The notes beneath the pieces are model-generated. The model was not told the origin of the DNA and did no database searches. It saw only the letters and a program-made list of their open reading frames with translations. A stretch of 64,000 nucleotides of DNA, from the NCBI GenBank assembly GCA_024400835.1, contig JAKSMC010000010.1, positions 3,071 to 67,070 on the forward strand. Direction: 5' to 3'. Source of the stretch: Bacteroidales bacterium. GTDB taxonomy: Bacteria; Bacteroidota; Bacteroidia; Bacteroidales; WCHB1-69. Made by a program: the position numbers and the translations under genes. Positions 60,638-64,000 of the stretch are shown here, one piece after another (the first letter of the stretch is position 1; every line of letters begins with the position of its first letter).

Positions 60638-63466
60638 ATGAAGAATGAATTGATTTCCATACGAGGCGCGAAGGTCAACAATCTGAAGAACATAGACCTT
60701 GACATCCCACGTAACAAGCTGGTGGTTATCACCGGATTGTCCGGCTCGGGCAAGTCGTCATTGGCATTCGACACGCTCTATGCCGAGGGCCAGCGTCGTT
60801 ATGTGGAAAGCCTGAGCTCCTATGCCCGTCAGTTTATGGGCAAGATGCACAAACCGGAGGTGAAGTCTGTGACGGGCATTCCGCCGGCCATTGCCATCGA
60901 GCAGCATGTGATGTCCAACAACCCTCGTTCAACGGTGGGCACGGTGACGGAAATCTACGATCACCTCAAGTTGTTGTTCGCCCGCGTGGGCCATACCTTC
61001 TCGCCCGTCAGCGGTCGGGAAGTCCGCCGTGACGATCTTGCAGACGTCATCCGTTACGTCCAGAAAGTGGAACCCGGCATGCGCGTCTATGTGCTCGCCC
61101 CGGTGGTGATCCCCGAGGGGCGCACTTTGCTGGAACAACTCTCCATCTTGAGCCAACAGGGCTTCAGCCGCGTGGTCTATGGCCGCAAACTGTTCGAAAT
61201 CGACGAGTTCCTGAAAGGCAAAAAGGCCACCCGCGTCAATGACATGTTCGTGGTCGTCGACCGCTTCAAGTCCGAAAAGATTGCCGACAACATGGACCGA
61301 CTGAAGGATTCCGTGAGCACGGCACTGGCTGAAGGCAAGGGCGTGTGCGTCATCCAAACGGAAGACGAAAGCGCGTCCGTCTCCCAGAAGACTTTCAGCA
61401 ACCGCTTTGAGGCTGACGGCATTACCTTTGAGGAACCGTCCGTCAACCTCTTCAGCTTCAACAACCCTTACGGTGCCTGCAAAACCTGCTTGGGCACGGG
61501 CATGATTGAGGGCGTTGACCCCGACTTGGTGATTCCCAATAGAAATCTGTCTGTGGCTGACGGCGCCGTCGCCTGCTGGCATGGCGACGTCCTCGGCGAA
61601 TGGAACCGCCAGTTTATGAAACAGGCCCTCAAACTGGACTTCCCAGTGTACCGCGCTATCGAGGACCTCACCGACGAGGAGTTCAACCTCCTTTGGTACG
61701 GTGACCCCAAACACCATGTGGAGGGCGTCGTGCAATTTTTCAACTTCGTAGCTTCTAATACCTATAAGATACAGTTCCGCGTGTTGCAGGCTCGCTACCG
61801 CGGTAGGGAACTGTGCCACGACTGCCACGGCACGCGCCTCCGCAAGGATGCCGGCTATGTGAAGGTCGGCGGCAAGTCCATTACCGAACTATTAGCCATG
61901 CCGGTCAGCGACTTGCAGGTCTTCTTGGAGCACCTCAAGTTCACCAATCGCAACGAGCAGGAAATCTCGCGCAACATTTTGAAGGAACTGAAAACGCGTG
62001 TCGCACTCTTGAATGAGGTGGGCCTCGGCTACCTCACATTGGATAGAACCGCCGGCACACTGTCCGGTGGCGAATCCCAGCGCATCAACTTGGCAACCTC
62101 TTTGGGCAGCAGTCTCGTCGGCTCTCTCTACATCTTGGACGAGCCCAGCATCGGCCTGCACCCCCGCGATACCGAAAACCTTATCCGTGTGCTCAAACAT
62201 CTCCGCGATATCGGCAATACCGTGGTGGTCGTTGAACACGACGAGTCCATCATCCGCGCCGCCGACTACATCATCGACATTGGCCCGCGCGCCGGACAAT
62301 GGGGTGGGGAAGTGGTCTTCACCGGCAACTTCGACCAACTCCTGCAGGTGGATGACAATCTGACGGCTTCTTATCTCCGCGACATGGTCGGCGGATTTCC
62401 GGCCGAGCAGTGCCGCCATATCCCCGTGCCCACGCACCGCCGCAAATGGCGCAACTATATCGAAATCTTGGGCGCACGCGAACACAACCTTAAGAATATT
62501 GATGTTAAAATACCCTTGGAATGCCTTACGGTGGTTACCGGCGTCAGCGGCTCCGGCAAGAGCAGCCTTGTGGCCAACATCCTCTATCCCAGCCTGCTCC
62601 GCCTGCTCGACAAGAACGGCCCGAAACCCGGCCGCTGCAGTTCCGTGGACGCGGACATGACGAAGATTTCCGATGTCGTCATGGTGGACCAGGATCCCAT
62701 CGGTCGCTCCTCACGCTCCAACCCCGTGACGTACGTCAAGGCATACGACTATATCCGCGACTTGTACGCCAGCCAGCCGCTGGCCAAACAACGCAACTAC
62801 AAGCCGAGTTTCTTCTCTTTCAACGTGGCCGGCGGCCGCTGCGAAGAGTGCGAAGGCGAAGGCGTCATCCATATCAACATGCAGTTCATGGCCGATGTGG
62901 AGATGACTTGCCCCTCATGCAACGGACAGCGCTTCCGTGATGAGGTCCTCGACGTAAAGGTTAAAGATACTACGGTGACCGACATCCTCAACATGACGGT
63001 GGACGATGCTGTTGAGTTCTTCCGCCAGTTGCCGGCCACTGACCAAATTAAGAACATTATACGCAGACTGCTTCCGCTGCAGGATGTGGGACTCGGCTAC
63101 CTCGTGCTGGGACAGCCCTCCTCCACCTTGTCAGGCGGTGAGGCCCAGCGCGTGAAATTGGCATACTATTTGTCTTTAGATGACGATGAACAAAACAAGA
63201 TCTTCATCTTCGACGAACCGACCACGGGCTTGCATTTCCACGATATCAGCAAACTCTACCGCTCGTTCACCAGACTTATCGAACGCGGCAACACTATCGT
63301 GGTCATCGAGCACAACACCGAGGTCATCAAGTGCGCCGACTGGATAATAGACATGGGACCCGAGGGCGGCGAGGCCGGCGGCAAAGTCGTCTTTGAGGGA
63401 ACCCCGGAGAAGCTGCTGGAACGCAAGCGCTCCTACACCGCGCAAGCCCTGCAGGGGAAAATTTGA
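60638..63466 (+). CDS. uvrA: Excinuclease ABC subunit A
   Basis: Two ABC modules ([14 protein letters not shown] and [11 protein letters not shown]), zinc-finger Cys clusters, and LSGGE signatures. The ORF-track start (60635) is TTG; ATG 60638 is preferred. Confidence 0.95.
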   Translation: MKNELISIRGAKVNNLKNIDLDIPRNKLVVITGLSGSGKSSLAFDTLYAEGQRRYVESLSSYARQFMGKMHKPEVKSVTGIPPAIAIEQHVMSNNPRSTVGTVTEIYDHLKLLFARVGHTFSPVSGREVRRDDLADVIRYVQKVEPGMRVYVLAPVVIPEGRTLLEQLSILSQQGFSRVVYGRKLFEIDEFLKGKKATRVNDMFVVVDRFKSEKIADNMDRLKDSVSTALAEGKGVCVIQTEDESASVSQKTFSNRFEADGITFEEPSVNLFSFNNPYGACKTCLGTGMIEGVDPDLVIPNRNLSVADGAVACWHGDVLGEWNRQFMKQALKLDFPVYRAIEDLTDEEFNLLWYGDPKHHVEGVVQFFNFVASNTYKIQFRVLQARYRGRELCHDCHGTRLRKDAGYVKVGGKSITELLAMPVSDLQVFLEHLKFTNRNEQEISRNILKELKTRVALLNEVGLGYLTLDRTAGTLSGGESQRINLATSLGSSLVGSLYILDEPSIGLHPRDTENLIRVLKHLRDIGNTVVVVEHDESIIRAADYIIDIGPRAGQWGGEVVFTGNFDQLLQVDDNLTASYLRDMVGGFPAEQCRHIPVPTHRRKWRNYIEILGAREHNLKNIDVKIPLECLTVVTGVSGSGKSSLVANILYPSLLRLLDKNGPKPGRCSSVDADMTKISDVVMVDQDPIGRSSRSNPVTYVKAYDYIRDLYASQPLAKQRNYKPSFFSFNVAGGRCEECEGEGVIHINMQFMADVEMTCPSCNGQRFRDEVLDVKVKDTTVTDILNMTVDDAVEFFRQLPATDQIKNIIRRLLPLQDVGLGYLVLGQPSSTLSGGEAQRVKLAYYLSLDDDEQNKIFIFDEPTTGLHFHDISKLYRSFTRLIERGNTIVVIEHNTEVIKCADWIIDMGPEGGEAGGKVVFEGTPEKLLERKRSYTAQALQGKI

Positions 63467-63519
63467 AATGATGAAGGGATGAAGAGATGAAGGGATGAAG
63501 AGATTGACGGAGGGACCCA
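63464..63519 (+). repeat. GATGAAGR period-8 tract starting in the uvrA stop codon
   Basis: TGAAATGATGAAGGGATGAAGAGATGAAGGGATGAAGAGATTGACGGAGGGACCC. The tract resumes at 63562-63592 after the solo 42-nt arm. Confidence 0.85.
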
Positions 63520-63561
63520 TTCCCCTTCTTTAAGAAGGGGTGCCCGTAGGGCGGGGTAGTG
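63520..63561 (+). repeat. Solo copy of the 42-nt arm downstream of uvrA
   Basis: TTCCCCTTCTTTAAGAAGGGGTGCCCGTAGGGCGGGGTAGTG matches 45283-45324 with 2 substitutions. Confidence 0.8.
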
Positions 63562-63635
63562 AGATGAAGAGATGGAGAGATGAAATGATGAAAATATTTT
63601 AATAAAAAACATATTAACCCCAAAAATTTAATGAT

Positions 63636-63878
63636 ATGAAAGCTTCAGAAATTTTAGCATTCGCTGCTGGTGCAGCTGCTGCTGTTGGTGTAACCCTGCT
63701 GTTCACAACCGACAAAGGTAAAGAACTCCGCGAGAAGGTATCTTCTAAGATGACCAAGGAGGAAATTGACAAACTTATTGAAAAGCTGAAACGCAAACGC
63801 GCTGAGGCTGGTGACAATGCCGAAATCAATATCGATGATGTCATCGAGGAAATTGAAGACGAAGAAATCACCGAATAA
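63636..63878 (+). CDS. YtxH-domain protein
   Basis: 80 aa. An N-terminal hydrophobic helix (ILAFAAGAAAAVGVTLLF) is followed by a charged helical tail. Confidence 0.7.
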   Translation: MKASEILAFAAGAAAAVGVTLLFTTDKGKELREKVSSKMTKEEIDKLIEKLKRKRAEAGDNAEINIDDVIEEIEDEEITE

Positions 63879-63888
63879 CTGATTCGAC

Positions 63889-64000
63889 ATGAATCTGATA
63901 GACAAACTGACCCAACGGTCGCCGCGTAACGCTCGGACAGCCAAGGACCTTAGGACCTACCTGTCCCAGCGTTACGATTTGCTCAAACTGGAACTCTTGG
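63889..64000 (+). CDS. 5' part of a small membrane protein gene (holin-family/DUF1469-like?), cut by window edge
   Basis: Manual translation from ATG 63889 gives MNLIDKLTQRSPRNARTAKDLRTYLSQRYDLLKLELL... It is open to the window end. The family guess comes from the usual neighbour of ytxH-like genes. Confidence 0.4.
   Translation, partial: MNLIDKLTQRSPRNARTAKDLRTYLSQRYDLLKLELL

Noticed and set aside
1-64000. A search for tRNA, rRNA, tmRNA, riboswitch and att-site signatures, for example tRNA genes flanking the 20.4-27.5 kb region.
   Set aside because: I saw no T-loop (GGTTCGAAT-type) contexts outside coding sequence, no rRNA-like stretches, and no direct repeat pair bounding the island by eye. 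tRNAscan-SE, Infernal or a repeat-finder run would be needed to exclude them formally.

Overview
This 64-kb chromosomal window is from a Bacteroidota genome, probably Prevotellaceae. That placement is an inference from four proteins with T9SS C-terminal sorting domains, TAnnTTTG -7 promoter boxes about 20-60 nt upstream of many starts, FISUMP-domain proteins, DUF1599/DUF4290/WbqC-type genes, and lipoprotein signals of the form ...SC/...AQ. I call about 53 protein-coding genes. I found no rRNA, tRNA or CRISPR array by eye. Most of the window is housekeeping: coaD, tsaC-like, prmC, gdhA, maf, ispD, wecB, rsfS, ftsH, cdsA, uvrA, rmuC, a SulP transporter, an AGCS symporter, an ABC-2 exporter pair and a MutS-related ATPase. 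Four regions look accessory. (1) 20.4-27.5 kb is a mosaic, defence-like region. It holds a co-oriented module of AlbA_2/Schlafen-wHTH, an EcoRI-like m6A methyltransferase and a DUF262-HNH nuclease, then rmuC, then an Abi_2 gene abutting a decayed tyrosine-integrase 3' fragment. Several duplicated or palindromic non-coding sequences lie in this region. (2) 31.2-37.9 kb carries two FISUMP (lectin-like) proteins, one a 1567-aa fibre-like protein with four FISUMP modules, bracketed by a 51-nt direct repeat. (3) 42.2-46.5 kb is a tandem array of four paralogous lipoproteins, with a fifth paralog at 14.2-15.1 kb. The array is interrupted by a roughly 0.4-kb MITE-like insertion with terminal inverted repeats and a flanking target duplication. 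(4) A family of short GC-rich hairpin modules and 6-8-nt periodic tracts begins inside stop codons of several genes. All functional names come from motif recognition in the translated ORFs. No database search was run.
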